From Bacteroidota bacterium (GTDB lineage Bacteria > Bacteroidota > Bacteroidia > Flavobacteriales > Flavobacteriaceae): a stretch of 34,300 nucleotides of DNA. Below the pieces are notes generated by a model. That model saw nothing but the letters and a program-made list of their open reading frames with translations. It was not told the DNA's origin and did not search any database. Location of the stretch: assembly GCA_009937085.1 (NCBI GenBank), contig JAACDD010000108.1, forward strand, positions 1 through 34,300, written 5' to 3'. Below, piece by piece: positions 1 to 10,309 of this stretch. How positions within the stretch are numbered: the first letter of the stretch is position 1; the number at the start of each line of letters is the position of its first letter. The position numbers were made by a program, and so were the translations under genes.

Positions 1-23
1 TCAAGGAGCAAACGCAAAAACCT

Positions 24-542
24 GTGCGCACGGGAGCTATTGTTATGGCACTTAAGCGTCTTTCTACCGATTTGGAGTTTCGCTATTCGCACAAAATCAT
101 TAAAACCTTAAAAAATATTGGTGATATCACGGTGCGTTCTGCACTTATCGACTACAATTTTAAAGTGTCCAATACACTTTTATCCGCGCAATCAAAATTA
201 TTATCCCAATTACAATTGTCAAGCGAGAATTTTTACACCTCTTCGCGAGGCGTACACGAGTGCAATATTGTGGTTAGCGAACACCTTGCTTCGTTGGTTG
301 ATACACATCTTGCTCAGGAAGAATGCTTACACAAAGAAGAAAATTTATCTTCCATTACACTAAAATTACCCACCGAAAATGTTGCTATTCCAGGTGTATA
401 TTATTTTGTTTTTCAACGTCTTTCATGGGAAGGGATCAACATTTATGAAGTAATTTCCACTTCAAATGAGTTTACCATTTTGGTCAATGACGATCAAGTG
501 GATAAGGCTTTTCGAGTTGTAAAAGACCTTAAGCAGTTATAG
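24..542 (+). CDS. Hypothetical protein with an ACT-like C-terminal domain; possibly 5'-partial
   Basis: The ORF starts at GTG 24 or ATG 45. Its frame stays open back to the left window edge, so the true start may lie outside the window. The C-terminal segment (GVYYFVFQRLSWEGINIYEVISTSNEFTILVNDDQVDKAF) resembles the ACT regulatory fold found at the end of aspartokinases. This is recognition by eye only. Confidence 0.4.
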   Translation: MRTGAIVMALKRLSTDLEFRYSHKIIKTLKNIGDITVRSALIDYNFKVSNTLLSAQSKLLSQLQLSSENFYTSSRGVHECNIVVSEHLASLVDTHLAQEECLHKEENLSSITLKLPTENVAIPGVYYFVFQRLSWEGINIYEVISTSNEFTILVNDDQVDKAFRVVKDLKQL

Positions 543-3500
543 GTTTTTGAAGTTTTTCGAGTAGGGAAATTGCCTTTTGAATAGTTAAAACTTCATCAAT
601 AACCACTACAAGCTTGCGCCCATCTTTGGTGGTTTTTTCTTTAAGTTGTGCTTTACTCAGCGTGCCTAATTTTCCTAACATAAACTGGAATGTCTCTTCT
701 TGATAAAAGGAACTTTCAGGGTCAGCTAAGAAGGTGCAAATACACTTCTGTTTTTTTAAGATGATTTTTTCAAACCCTAGTGAAGCACCCAGCCACTTTA
801 AACGAACGCTATCGAATAGTGCAAGTGTTTCCTCAGGAAGTGCGCCAAACCTATCGATTAGAGAAGTTCCAAAAGAAGTTAATTCCCCTTCTGTTTTTAG
901 CAAGGCTAGCTCTTGATATTGTGTTAATCGCTCGGTGACGTTATTGATATAATCTGTTGGGAAAAAGATTTCAAAATCGGTGTCTAAGACCAATTCTTTG
1001 GGTATGGGTTTTTGATCGGGATAAAGGGCTTTAAATTCGTTTTGCTGCAATTCTTCAATGGCATCTTTCAGTATTTTTTGATAGGTTTCAAAGCCAATAT
1101 CATTAATAAATCCACTTTGTTCACCACCCAATAAATCACCTGCGCCTCTTATTTCTAAATCCTTCATAGCAATCTGAAATCCAGAGCCTAAGGCAGTATA
1201 TTGATTAACAGCCTCCATGCGTTTGCGTGCATCTTCCGTTAGCACCGAAAAGGGTGGTGTTATAAAATAACAAAAGGCCTTTTTGTTACTGCGCCCCACA
1301 CGACCGCGCATTTGATGTAAATCGCTAAGTCCAAAATTATTGGCATTGTTTATAAAAATGGTGTTGGCATTGGGTACATCAAGTCCACTTTCAATAATGG
1401 TGGTTGCTACCAATACATCAAATGCTCCATCGATAAAACCAAGCATCAAGTCTTCTAATTTATTACCTGGAAGTTGGCCATGGGCGGTTGCAATCCGCGC
1501 ATCGGGAATTAGACGTTGCAACATTCCCGAAACTTCGCTAATGTTATCAATGCGATTATGTACAAAAAAAACCTGCCCACCACGTTGTAGCTCATAAATT
1601 ACCGCAGCTCGAATTTGGGTTTCGCTCCATGAAATGACTTGACTTTCAATTGGATGTCGATTTGGTGGAGGTGTATTAATCACGGATAAATCTCGAGCCG
1701 CCATTAGGCTAAACTGTAAGGTTCTCGGTATGGGAGTTGCGGTAAGCGTTAGCACATCAACGTGCTCTTTCATGGAGCGTAATTTTTCTTTTACACTTAC
1801 GCCAAATTTTTGTTCCTCATCCACAATAAGTAAGCCCAAATCTTTAAACAAAACAGATTTTCCAACCAGTTGATGCGTTCCTATTACAATATCAATAGCC
1901 CCGTTACCAATCCCTTCAAGCACCTCTTTTTTCTGTTTGGCTGATCTAAATCGATTCATATAATCAACAGTGACAGGAAATTCTTTTAGGCGCTTTACAA
2001 AAGTATTGTAGTGTTGAAACGCCAATATAGTGGTTGGTACCAAAACGGCCACTTGTTTGCCATTGTCCACTGCCTTAAAAGCCGCACGAATAGCCACTTC
2101 GGTTTTCCCAAATCCTACATCCCCACAAACTAATCTATCCATGGGTTTTTGGTCTTCCATATCTTGTTTTACAGCTTCGGTTGCGGTACGCTGGTCTGGA
2201 GTGTCCTCAAACAAAAAAGAGGCTTCCAACTCGTGTTGTAAATAGGTGTCTGGTCCACAAGAAAATCCTTTGTTTAAACGCCGTTTGGCATAAACGTTGA
2301 TGAGATTAAAAGCAATTTCCTTAACCTTCTTTTTGGTCTTTTGTTTGACTTTTTTCCATGCGCCAGAACCAAGTTTGTATACTTTTGGCGCAGCACCATC
2401 TTTGCCATTAAACTTCGAAATTTTGTGTAGCGAATGGATGCTCACGTACAAAATATCTCGGTCGCCATAAAACAACTTAATGGCTTCTTGTGTTTTGCCT
2501 TCCACATCTATACGTTGTAAGCCACCAAATGTGCCAATTCCATGGTCGATGTGTGTAACGTAATCGCCCACCTCAAGTTGTGCCAATGCTTTTAACGAAA
2601 TTGCTTGTTTTTTAGAGTAGCCATTTTTCAATCTGAATTTGTGATATCGCTCAAAAAGCTGATGATCGGTATAGCAAACTATATTTTCATCTTCATCTAC
2701 AAAACCTTGATACAGCGGTGCTACCCAGCAATGAAAAGGAGTTTCGGGAACAAGTTCTTCGATGATTTGCGTAAGCCGTTCTTTTTGGGTTTCGGAGGCG
2801 CAAAAAATATGATTGGTGCGTTGCTTCTCCGTATTTTCTGTAAGGTGCTCTGCAAACCAATCAAATTTGCGCTTAAAGTGTGGTTGTGGCTGACATGAAA
2901 AATGAAGCGTAGAAGTCTTTTTGGAAGTTGAAAAATGAACGTTTGGTAAGGCTTTCAATTCTTTTGCAAACAGTTCACCATTAATAAATAATTCCTTTGG
3001 TGGTTGCCTTTTGATTTCACCGGATAGCTTTTCAAAAGCGTTATGCGCAAACTTAAAAAGGGCATCAAGCTCAGCCGTCACTATGGATTCGTTTTGCGTA
3101 CAAACAAGCGTCTTTGCAGACACAAATGATAGCAAGGATTGCCGCACTTCTTTTTCTTCTTTTTGTTCAATGTTGGCAAGGATTTTAACCTGATCATGCG
3201 ATTGTATAGAGCGTTGACTTGTTACATCAAATGTACGAATGGTGTCTATTTCATCGCCAAAAAACTCGATACGAAAAGGCTCATCGTGGCTAAATGAGTG
3301 CACATCTAAAATACCTCCTCGAACTGCGAATTCTCCTGGCTCGGCAACAAAATCAACACGGCTAAAACCAAACTCAAAAAGTGTCTCGTTAACAAAGTCA
3401 ATGCTCAATTCATCCCCTTTGTTTATGGTCAACGTTTTGCGTTGCAATTCTTTGGGTGTAAGTACTTGTTCAAAAAGGGCCTCGGGATAAGTTATCACAA

Positions 3501-3885
3501 GCTGCTTTGGAAGTTCTTTTAATTTCTGGAGGGTTTCGGCGCGCAACAGTACATTGGCGTTATCGGTTTCCTCAATGTTGTAGGGTCTTCGGTAGCTTGA
3601 TGGAAAAAAGAGCGGCAGATTAGGTAACAACACCTCCAAATCATTTAAAAAATAAGCGGCTTCTTCTTTGTTATTGAGTATCCAAATGGTGGTTTCGTCG
3701 TGTTGTTCAAAAAGCGACTTTACCAAAAAGCTGTGCTTGGAGCCCATCAGGCCAGATGTAACTACGCTGCCATTGGCGCATACGTTTTCATAAACCGCAC
3801 GAAATTGCGGATTGTTTTGGTACAAAACGGGAAGCTTGGTCACACGCACTTTTTGGCAAAAATACAAAGACCAACGTCCACGCAA
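529..3885 (-). CDS. mfd: Transcription-repair coupling factor Mfd
   Basis: The 1118-aa ORF carries SF2 helicase motifs: CGDVGFGKTEVA (Walker A), IVDEEQKFG (DEEQ box) and LTLTATPIPRTL. It has a CarD-like middle region and a TRCF-type C-terminus. The start is uncertain: TTG 3885, or in-frame GTG at 3849 or 3843. Confidence 0.95.
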   Translation of the reverse strand: MRGRWSLYFCQKVRVTKLPVLYQNNPQFRAVYENVCANGSVVTSGLMGSKHSFLVKSLFEQHDETTIWILNNKEEAAYFLNDLEVLLPNLPLFFPSSYRRPYNIEETDNANVLLRAETLQKLKELPKQLVITYPEALFEQVLTPKELQRKTLTINKGDELSIDFVNETLFEFGFSRVDFVAEPGEFAVRGGILDVHSFSHDEPFRIEFFGDEIDTIRTFDVTSQRSIQSHDQVKILANIEQKEEKEVRQSLLSFVSAKTLVCTQNESIVTAELDALFKFAHNAFEKLSGEIKRQPPKELFINGELFAKELKALPNVHFSTSKKTSTLHFSCQPQPHFKRKFDWFAEHLTENTEKQRTNHIFCASETQKERLTQIIEELVPETPFHCWVAPLYQGFVDEDENIVCYTDHQLFERYHKFRLKNGYSKKQAISLKALAQLEVGDYVTHIDHGIGTFGGLQRIDVEGKTQEAIKLFYGDRDILYVSIHSLHKISKFNGKDGAAPKVYKLGSGAWKKVKQKTKKKVKEIAFNLINVYAKRRLNKGFSCGPDTYLQHELEASFLFEDTPDQRTATEAVKQDMEDQKPMDRLVCGDVGFGKTEVAIRAAFKAVDNGKQVAVLVPTTILAFQHYNTFVKRLKEFPVTVDYMNRFRSAKQKKEVLEGIGNGAIDIVIGTHQLVGKSVLFKDLGLLIVDEEQKFGVSVKEKLRSMKEHVDVLTLTATPIPRTLQFSLMAARDLSVINTPPPNRHPIESQVISWSETQIRAAVIYELQRGGQVFFVHNRIDNISEVSGMLQRLIPDARIATAHGQLPGNKLEDLMLGFIDGAFDVLVATTIIESGLDVPNANTIFINNANNFGLSDLHQMRGRVGRSNKKAFCYFITPPFSVLTEDARKRMEAVNQYTALGSGFQIAMKDLEIRGAGDLLGGEQSGFINDIGFETYQKILKDAIEELQQNEFKALYPDQKPIPKELVLDTDFEIFFPTDYINNVTERLTQYQELALLKTEGELTSFGTSLIDRFGALPEETLALFDSVRLKWLGASLGFEKIILKKQKCICTFLADPESSFYQEETFQFMLGKLGTLSKAQLKEKTTKDGRKLVVVIDEVLTIQKAISLLEKLQKPITA

Positions 3886-3974
3886 TGTATTTGCGTTAAT
3901 TTTTAAACAAAATTGGTTTTTGCTGTGAAGTTAAAATCGTGCTATTCACACAAGAGTTATTACATTTGCCCTCA

Positions 3975-4469
3975 ATGAAAAAAGTACACATTCGCGAAGC
4001 AATTGCAACTGATGCCGCAGCTATTCTTGCATTAATTCAGGAATTGGCTGATTTTGAACGTGAACCCGATGCGGTAGCCCTAACCGAAACGGAATTTGTT
4101 CAAGATGGTTTTGGCGATACCCCACTTTTTCAATGTTTTGTAGCAGAGATAAATCAAATAATTGTAGGTATTGCGCTATTTTATCGCTGTTATTCAACGT
4201 GGAAAGGCAAGTCGTGGCACTTAGAAGATTTAATTGTTACCAAAGCACAACGCGGCAAAGGAATTGGATTTGCGTTACTGCAAAAGTTTATTTCGTTTGC
4301 GCATGCTTCAGGCGTTCGTCGCATTCAGTGGGCAGTATTGGATTGGAATACACCCGCCATTGACTTTTATGAAAAACACGGTGCAACCGTATTTTCGGAT
4401 TGGAAAATTACCCAAATGACAAATGGGGCAATGCAAAAATTTATAGCAAAACATCATGCGAGTATTTAA
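3975..4469 (+). CDS. GNAT family N-acetyltransferase (SSAT/diamine acetyltransferase-like)
   Basis: An acetyl-CoA binding motif is present (LIVTKAQRGKGIGFALL), along with the SSAT-like signatures YSTWKGKSWHLEDL and WAVLDWNTPAIDFYEKHGA. I prefer ATG 3975 (MKKVHIREA) to the GTG at 3939, because a TAcaTTTG box lies at 3961-3968. Confidence 0.8.
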   Translation: MKKVHIREAIATDAAAILALIQELADFEREPDAVALTETEFVQDGFGDTPLFQCFVAEINQIIVGIALFYRCYSTWKGKSWHLEDLIVTKAQRGKGIGFALLQKFISFAHASGVRRIQWAVLDWNTPAIDFYEKHGATVFSDWKITQMTNGAMQKFIAKHHASI

Positions 4470-5706
4470 GTTTGGAGGCGCATCAGTTAAAGATGCAGAA
4501 GGCGTAAAAAATGTAGTAACTGTATTGTCGAAAACCGGCCATGAAAACACGGTGGTTGTTATTTCGGCGATGGGCAAAACCACAAATGCGCTTGAAGAAG
4601 TTGTGGGCGCTTATTTTAAGCAACCGGAGTCGTTTAAAAGCATTTTGGTTGAGGCTGAAGCCTTTCATCAAAACATTATTGAAGAACTTTTTGAAGTGCC
4701 AAATTCGCCTGTGAGTAAACGCGTTAAAGATCTTTTTGATCAATGCCGTACTTTTTTGGCAAACAACCGTTCGCCACATGAAGCTTTTGTGTATGATCAG
4801 GTTGTAAGTTTTGGCGAATTGATTTCAACATCAATCGTATGTGCTTACCTAAATCATGTTGGTATTGCAGCTGAATGGGTCGATGCTCGAGAGTGTATAA
4901 AAACTGATGATTTTTACCGTAGTGCTCACTTAGACTGGGAACGCACACAATTGGCAATTCAGAACCAAGTTCAGGGCAACGTGCTAAAAATCACACAAGG
5001 GTTTATCGGCTCTGACGACAATAACTTTACCACCACATTGGGCAGAGAGGGTTCGGATTATTCTGCTGCCATTTTCGCGTATTGCTTGGGTGCTACAGAC
5101 GTTACTATTTGGAAAGATGTTCCTGGCGTTTTAAATGCTGATCCCAGAGTTTTTGACAAAACGCAATTGCTGCATCACATTTCCTATCAAGAAGCCATTG
5201 AGTTGGCTTTTTACGGCGCATCTGTGATTCACCCAAAAACCTTACAGCCATTGCAACGCAAAGAAATTCCATTGTTTGTAAAGTCGTTTTTGAATCCAAC
5301 AGAAAGCGGTACTCAGGTTGGTAAAGGCGTTCGTATGCGTCCAGAAGTTCCGTGCTATATTGTTAAAAAAGGACTCTCGTTATTACGCCTGTCAACGCGT
5401 GATTTTTCTTTTGTTGTAGAAGACAATATTAGCGACATCTTTAAATTGTTACATAAACATAAAATGTCAGTTGATTTGATTCAAAACTCAGCGATTAGTT
5501 TTTCGGTTTGTGTCAACGATAAATATCACAACATGGAAACTTTGTTGCATAACCTTCGCGCTAGATTTGATGTGCAATATACCCCAGATGTAATGTTATA
5601 CACCATTCGCCATTTTGAAGAAAACGCTGCTGCAGCCATATTAAAAGCACACGAGTTAGTGCTCGAACAGCGCACTCAAACTACGCTTCAATTAGTGATG
5701 AAATAG
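4456..5706 (+). CDS. lysC: Aspartate kinase
   Basis: The N-terminus MRVFKFGGASV is the classic amino-acid-kinase start. It also has VVVISAMGKTTN, GREGSDYSA and a C-terminal ACT-type region. It overlaps the GNAT gene by 14 nt. Confidence 0.9.
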   Translation: MRVFKFGGASVKDAEGVKNVVTVLSKTGHENTVVVISAMGKTTNALEEVVGAYFKQPESFKSILVEAEAFHQNIIEELFEVPNSPVSKRVKDLFDQCRTFLANNRSPHEAFVYDQVVSFGELISTSIVCAYLNHVGIAAEWVDARECIKTDDFYRSAHLDWERTQLAIQNQVQGNVLKITQGFIGSDDNNFTTTLGREGSDYSAAIFAYCLGATDVTIWKDVPGVLNADPRVFDKTQLLHHISYQEAIELAFYGASVIHPKTLQPLQRKEIPLFVKSFLNPTESGTQVGKGVRMRPEVPCYIVKKGLSLLRLSTRDFSFVVEDNISDIFKLLHKHKMSVDLIQNSAISFSVCVNDKYHNMETLLHNLRARFDVQYTPDVMLYTIRHFEENAAAAILKAHELVLEQRTQTTLQLVMK

Positions 5707-5730
5707 CTATATTTACGTTAAATTTCCCAA

Positions 5731-7539
5731 ATGCCTCTTGTACATTCAACTGATGTAGCTGCTGTACTTGGTCTTGCCAAAACAGGTTTTTTTGGTCGTG
5801 TTGTTGGTCGTTTTATGCTGTGGCTTCTTCGCCTAAATCAAATAAATAAGATTTACGACAAAAGCCTCGTAAGTGGCGATGAATCTCAATTTTTGGAGGC
5901 GCTATTATATCACTTTAATATTAAATATCACCTCAATCTCGATGAGCTAAAACGCATCCCAAAAAAAGGTCCTGTGATATTGGTTTCGAATCATCCTTTA
6001 GGTGGTGTAGACGGTATCATTTTGATGCATTTTTTACAGCAATTTCGCCCAGACGTAAAACTGATGGCAAATTTTTTATTGGAACGTGCCACTCCTTTAA
6101 AAAAGTGGATTATACCCGTAAATCCATTTGACGAAAAACAATCTTCAAAGTCGAGTTTAGGAGGCTTTAGAACTGTTTTAAAACATCTAGAAAATGAAGG
6201 ACTCTTTGCTGTTTTTCCAGCGGGTGAAGTTGCGTCAAAACTAAAAAAACAAGTTCCCATAGACCCTGACTGGAACCAAGCCACCATGCGCCTTGTTCAA
6301 CGTGCAGATGTGCCTGTAGTTCCCATTTATTTCCATGCGCGCAATAGCCCACTTTTCTACCGCTTGGCTAACATTCATGGCTTATTACGCACGGCAAGAC
6401 TCCCTGCCGAATTGCTTACTCAAAGGAATCGCACTATTGACGTTCGTGTAGGGAAAGCCATTTCTGTAAACGATCAAAAGAATCACGAGCCCATTACAGA
6501 TTACACGGCGTTTTTGCGTCGTAAGCTTTATATGTTGTCCAATAGTTTTGAGCGCAAGCATCTGCTCAAACGCGTGCCACGACCGCTTCGCAGAAGAAGC
6601 CAAAAAGTTGAACCTATTGCGCCACCTGTTCCACTTTCTTCACTTGAAAATGAGATTGCATGGCTAAAACAGCACAATAAATCGCTTTTAGTGTCCAAAG
6701 ATTACGAGCTTTTTCTAACCCCCGCATTGGAAATTCCAAACATCCTAACCGAAATTGGAAGGCAACGAGAGATTGCATTTAGGGCAGTAGGAGAGGGTAC
6801 CAATAAATCACTTGATCTCGATCATTTTGATCAAGATTATTTACACCTTTTTTTGTGGGATCATAAGGCGAAAAGTTTGGTGGGCGCCTATCGTTTGGGT
6901 CTCGGTAAAGCGCTTATGAACAAGCGTGGAATTTCGGGTTTTTATCTTGCTGAACTCTTTAAGTTTGATACTGAAATCTATTTTATGCTCAACAACACCA
7001 TTGAACTTGGAAGGGCATTTGTAGCACAGCAATATCAGCAACGTCCTATGCCGCTTTTCTTACTTTGGAAAGGAATTATTCACGCTACGCTACGCTATCC
7101 GGAGTACACGTATCTTATGGGAAGTGTGAGTATCAGTAACCAATTTTCAAAGTTCACCAAGTCACTGATGATTGAGTTTATGCGCTCGCATTATTACGAC
7201 CCTTTTTTGGCACAATACATTACACCCAAAAAAGAATTTAAAGTCAAACTAAATGACGCTGACAAGGAGTTTGTTTTTGACGAAACCTCTGCCGATTTGA
7301 ATAAATTTGACAGGCTCATTGAAGAGGTAGAACCTGGCGCATTACGCTTACCTGTATTGATTAAAAAATACATTAAGCAAAACGCAAGCGTGGTATCTTT
7401 TAATGTTGATCCACTGTTTAACAATGCCATTGACGGACTTATGTACATTAAGGTAAAAGATATTCCTGCCAGTACTGTTCAACCTGTTTTAGAAGAATTT
7501 CAAGCTTCGTTGGAAGCAAAAACTCAGTCGAGTAAATAA
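5731..7539 (+). CDS. olsF: Bifunctional acyltransferase, OlsF-type (N-terminal PlsC-like O-acyltransferase fused to C-terminal OlsB-like N-acyltransferase); probable ornithine or other amino-lipid synthase
   Basis: The N-terminal half has the acyltransferase motifs VSNHPLGGVDG and FPAGEV. The C-terminal half is GNAT/hemolysin-like, as in OlsB (REIAFRAVGEGTNKSLDLDHFDQDYLHLFLWD, GRAFVAQQYQ). A fusion of about 600 aa is the architecture described for OlsF of Flavobacterium johnsoniae and Serratia proteamaculans. Confidence 0.65.
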   Translation: MPLVHSTDVAAVLGLAKTGFFGRVVGRFMLWLLRLNQINKIYDKSLVSGDESQFLEALLYHFNIKYHLNLDELKRIPKKGPVILVSNHPLGGVDGIILMHFLQQFRPDVKLMANFLLERATPLKKWIIPVNPFDEKQSSKSSLGGFRTVLKHLENEGLFAVFPAGEVASKLKKQVPIDPDWNQATMRLVQRADVPVVPIYFHARNSPLFYRLANIHGLLRTARLPAELLTQRNRTIDVRVGKAISVNDQKNHEPITDYTAFLRRKLYMLSNSFERKHLLKRVPRPLRRRSQKVEPIAPPVPLSSLENEIAWLKQHNKSLLVSKDYELFLTPALEIPNILTEIGRQREIAFRAVGEGTNKSLDLDHFDQDYLHLFLWDHKAKSLVGAYRLGLGKALMNKRGISGFYLAELFKFDTEIYFMLNNTIELGRAFVAQQYQQRPMPLFLLWKGIIHATLRYPEYTYLMGSVSISNQFSKFTKSLMIEFMRSHYYDPFLAQYITPKKEFKVKLNDADKEFVFDETSADLNKFDRLIEEVEPGALRLPVLIKKYIKQNASVVSFNVDPLFNNAIDGLMYIKVKDIPASTVQPVLEEFQASLEAKTQSSK

Positions 7540-7949
7540 GAGCTTATAAAGGTTTTGCAGTACGCCTTGATCTCATCTCTTGTCGCTGCAAAAGCATTGT
7601 GAATTTCACTTTCGTCTTCAGATTTTAGTTTTGAAGGATCACTGAAGTTTTTATGCCAACGCTGTGCTTTTTCGCTTGGGATATACGGGCAATTTTCTTG
7701 CGCGTGATCGCAAACTGTAATGATGTGATCGAACTGAATATCGCTGTATTCATCCACGTGATTTGAAGTGTGCTCGCTAATATCGATTCCAGCTTCTTGC
7801 ATGATGCTCACCGCACGTTTATTGAGTCCGTGAGTTTCTATACCAGCACTATAAACAGTAACATTGCTTCCGCCAAAAAAATTCATAAATCCATGTGCCA
7901 TTTGACTTCGGCACGAATTTCCAGTACAAAGAATTAAAATATTTTTCAT
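7524..7949 (-). CDS. arsC: Arsenate reductase / low-molecular-weight phosphotyrosine phosphatase family (thioredoxin-coupled ArsC type)
   Basis: It has the CX5R P-loop LILCTGNSCRSQMA near the N-terminus and a second cysteine pair in TVCDHAQENCPY, as in pI258-type ArsC. The 3' end overlaps the olsF-like gene convergently by 16 nt. Confidence 0.75.
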   Translation of the reverse strand: MKNILILCTGNSCRSQMAHGFMNFFGGSNVTVYSAGIETHGLNKRAVSIMQEAGIDISEHTSNHVDEYSDIQFDHIITVCDHAQENCPYIPSEKAQRWHKNFSDPSKLKSEDESEIHNAFAATRDEIKAYCKTFISSYLLD

Positions 7950-8001
7950 GATTACGAATAAAGAACTTAATTAAGTTAATTAGGTTTTTTTTGTGTTAAG
8001 A

Positions 8002-8949
8002 TTACTTAAAATAACCGTGGTCTAACAGGGTTTTAATTTTCTCTAGAATTACCTTGCTGAGCTTTGCATGGCTTTGAACCGTCCAACCAGCAACATGGGG
8101 CGATAAGATAATTTTTGGGTGTGTTGTCAAATACTTCCATGCATCTGATGGTGCTGCAGATACATCAAATGCAGCTGTTTCCATCTCATGTACGTCTAAG
8201 CAAGCTCCCCGAATCGACTCGTTTTTGAGTGCATCAATTAAATCGGTAGTAACCACTTGGTTTCCTCTTGCCGTATTGATAAGCCAAAAAGGCGCGTGCA
8301 TTTTTTCAATAAATTCACGGTTTACGTAGTGTAGGGTACTCTCGTCTAATGGCAAATGAAGGCTTATGATATCGGCACTTTGCTGTAATGTTTCAAGCGA
8401 GACTTGTGTGGCAAATGCGTCCCCAAGATTCGGAATAATATCATGGCACAGTACTTTTACATCAAATCCAGATAGCTTCTTTGCAAACTGTTTTCCCGTG
8501 TGACCATATCCAATAATTCCAATTGTTTTTCCGTCGAGTGCCTCACCACGGTTGGCCTCTCGCTCCCAAATACCATTACGTACTTCAGTAGTTGCTTTCG
8601 GTATATTATTAAATAAACTCAACAACATACCCAGTGCATGTTCGCCCACAGCAGGACTATTTCCTTCAGGGGCAGACAATACCGCAATGCCTAAATTTTG
8701 AGCAGTTTTAACATCAATATTTTCCAATCCGGAACCTACACGAGCAATAAATTTTAGGTTAATTGCCTTGCTTAAAAATGCGCCATCAATGGGAAATCTA
8801 CTGCGTATAACAACGCCATGAAAACTGCCAATATCTTTTTCAATTTCTTTTTTTGAAGCGGTCGTATTAAGGGTATTTTCAAACCCTAAATGTTGGAGTC
8901 CTTCCACAAGGCTTGGGTGGTTTGTGTCTACATGTAAAACCCGTATCAT
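8002..8949 (-). CDS. NAD-dependent D-isomer-specific 2-hydroxyacid dehydrogenase (phosphoglycerate dehydrogenase-like)
   Basis: A Rossmann motif is present (GIIGYGHTGKQFAKKL). The catalytic region matches the D-2-hydroxyacid dehydrogenase family (NTARG ... LDV ... SPHVAGWT). Confidence 0.8.
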   Translation of the reverse strand: MIRVLHVDTNHPSLVEGLQHLGFENTLNTTASKKEIEKDIGSFHGVVIRSRFPIDGAFLSKAINLKFIARVGSGLENIDVKTAQNLGIAVLSAPEGNSPAVGEHALGMLLSLFNNIPKATTEVRNGIWEREANRGEALDGKTIGIIGYGHTGKQFAKKLSGFDVKVLCHDIIPNLGDAFATQVSLETLQQSADIISLHLPLDESTLHYVNREFIEKMHAPFWLINTARGNQVVTTDLIDALKNESIRGACLDVHEMETAAFDVSAAPSDAWKYLTTHPKIILSPHVAGWTVQSHAKLSKVILEKIKTLLDHGYFK

Positions 8950-8950
8950 C

Positions 8951-10309
8951 CTAAAATCCTAAAATAATTTTAGCAATATAAAAGAAGAGGAAAATGCCAA
9001 AAATGTCGTTGCTGGTCGTAATAAAAGGCCCTGTTGCAATGGCGGGGTCGATGTTGTTTTTGTCTAAAATAATGGGTACAAAAGTGCCAACAAGCGCCGA
9101 AACTACAATGACACAAAGCATAGAAAGCGCAATGGTAAAACTCACCAGGGTATCGATTCCTAGAAAATATCCAAACACAACAAGCAATCCACCTAATGCA
9201 ACTCCGTTAATAAGACTCAGACCAACTTCTTTAAGTAAGCGACTAAACAAACTGCCTTTGACAATGTCATTTGCTAAACCTTGAACAATAATAGCCGAAG
9301 ACTGTACCCCAACATTTCCTGCCATTGCCGCAATCAGTGGAGTGAAAAAGAATAGTGTTTTATATGTGGGGTGGCGCATGACTTCTTCAAATCCTTCGAG
9401 AATATACACACTTCCGAGCCCACCAATAAGCCCTAAAATAAGCCACGGCAAGCGTGCTTTTGTTAAATCAACAATACTATCATCGGCCTCTACATCTGTG
9501 GCAATACCTGCCGCCAATTGATAATCTTTATCAGCTTCTTCTTTGATGAAATCTACAATATCGTCGATGGTAATTCTTCCCAATAACTTTTTTTCATCAT
9601 CAACTACCGGAACAGCTTCAAGGTCATATTTTGCCATTAGTTTTGACACTTCTTCCCCTTCTTCATTCACATTTACAAAATCAACTTTTGGGATGTAAAC
9701 CGATTTAATTTTAGCGCGGTTATTGGCAGTAAGTAAATCTTTTAGCGACAACCGACCTAATAAAATATCATTGTCATCCACAACATAAATGGAATGTACA
9801 CGCTTGACTTCTGCCGCTTGAACTCGCATTTCACGAACGCACTTGGTCACGGTCCAATTTTCGTTGACTTTCACAAGTTCTTTAGCCATAAGACCACCTG
9901 CAGAATTTTCGTCGTAGGTAAGCAGTTCTTGAATGTCCTGGGCGTGTTCTTCATCCGCTATTTGCGCAATTACTTCAGCCTGTCTTTCTTCAGGGAGTTC
10001 GGCAATCAAGTCCACCGCGTCATCAGTATCTAACTCTTCCACTTCTTCGGCAATTTCCTTAACTGAAAGCAGCTCTAAAATGGATTCTCTAATATCTTCG
10101 TCAACTTCAGTAAGTACGTCCGATGTTTTATCAGAATCGAGCAGTTTAATAAGGTAAACCCCTTCGCTAATGGAGAGTTCGTCAACGATTTCGGCAAGGT
10201 CAGCGTAGTGGTATTCGCTCGCGCGTTTTTTTAGCGCAGTGCTATTGTGTTGCTCAATGTCACTTTTTATTTGCGCTAATAATTCGTCATTGAGTTGAAA
10301 GGGTGTCAT
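8951..10309 (-). CDS. mgtE: Magnesium transporter MgtE
   Basis: It has an acidic MgtE N-domain, a tandem CBS pair ([23 protein letters not shown] and [21 protein letters not shown]) and a C-terminal five-helix membrane domain containing [12 protein letters not shown]. Confidence 0.92.
   Translation of the reverse strand: MTPFQLNDELLAQIKSDIEQHNSTALKKRASEYHYADLAEIVDELSISEGVYLIKLLDSDKTSDVLTEVDEDIRESILELLSVKEIAEEVEELDTDDAVDLIAELPEERQAEVIAQIADEEHAQDIQELLTYDENSAGGLMAKELVKVNENWTVTKCVREMRVQAAEVKRVHSIYVVDDNDILLGRLSLKDLLTANNRAKIKSVYIPKVDFVNVNEEGEEVSKLMAKYDLEAVPVVDDEKKLLGRITIDDIVDFIKEEADKDYQLAAGIATDVEADDSIVDLTKARLPWLILGLIGGLGSVYILEGFEEVMRHPTYKTLFFFTPLIAAMAGNVGVQSSAIIVQGLANDIVKGSLFSRLLKEVGLSLINGVALGGLLVVFGYFLGIDTLVSFTIALSMLCVIVVSALVGTFVPIILDKNNIDPAIATGPFITTSNDIFGIFLFFYIAKIILGF

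Noticed and set aside
734-3906. Multiple 60-97 aa + strand ORFs nested inside mfd, and similar nested ORFs inside lysC, olsF, mgtE, serS, bamA, tig and clpX
   Set aside because: All lie antisense or out of frame within long, motif-rich, confidently identified genes and have no motifs of their own. They are treated as chance ORFs.
3975-5706. An ectoine-type module (GNAT EctA-like plus dedicated aspartokinase)
   Set aside because: No ectB (aminotransferase) or ectC (cupin) is adjacent. The GNAT shows SSAT/diamine-acetyltransferase-like motifs, not EctA-specific context. The 14-nt overlap alone is not evidence of a pathway.
7524-7949. An arsenic resistance operon
   Set aside because: Only the ArsC/LMW-PTP-type gene is present. 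No arsR, arsB/acr3 or arsA lies nearby. It may act as a general phosphatase or reductase.
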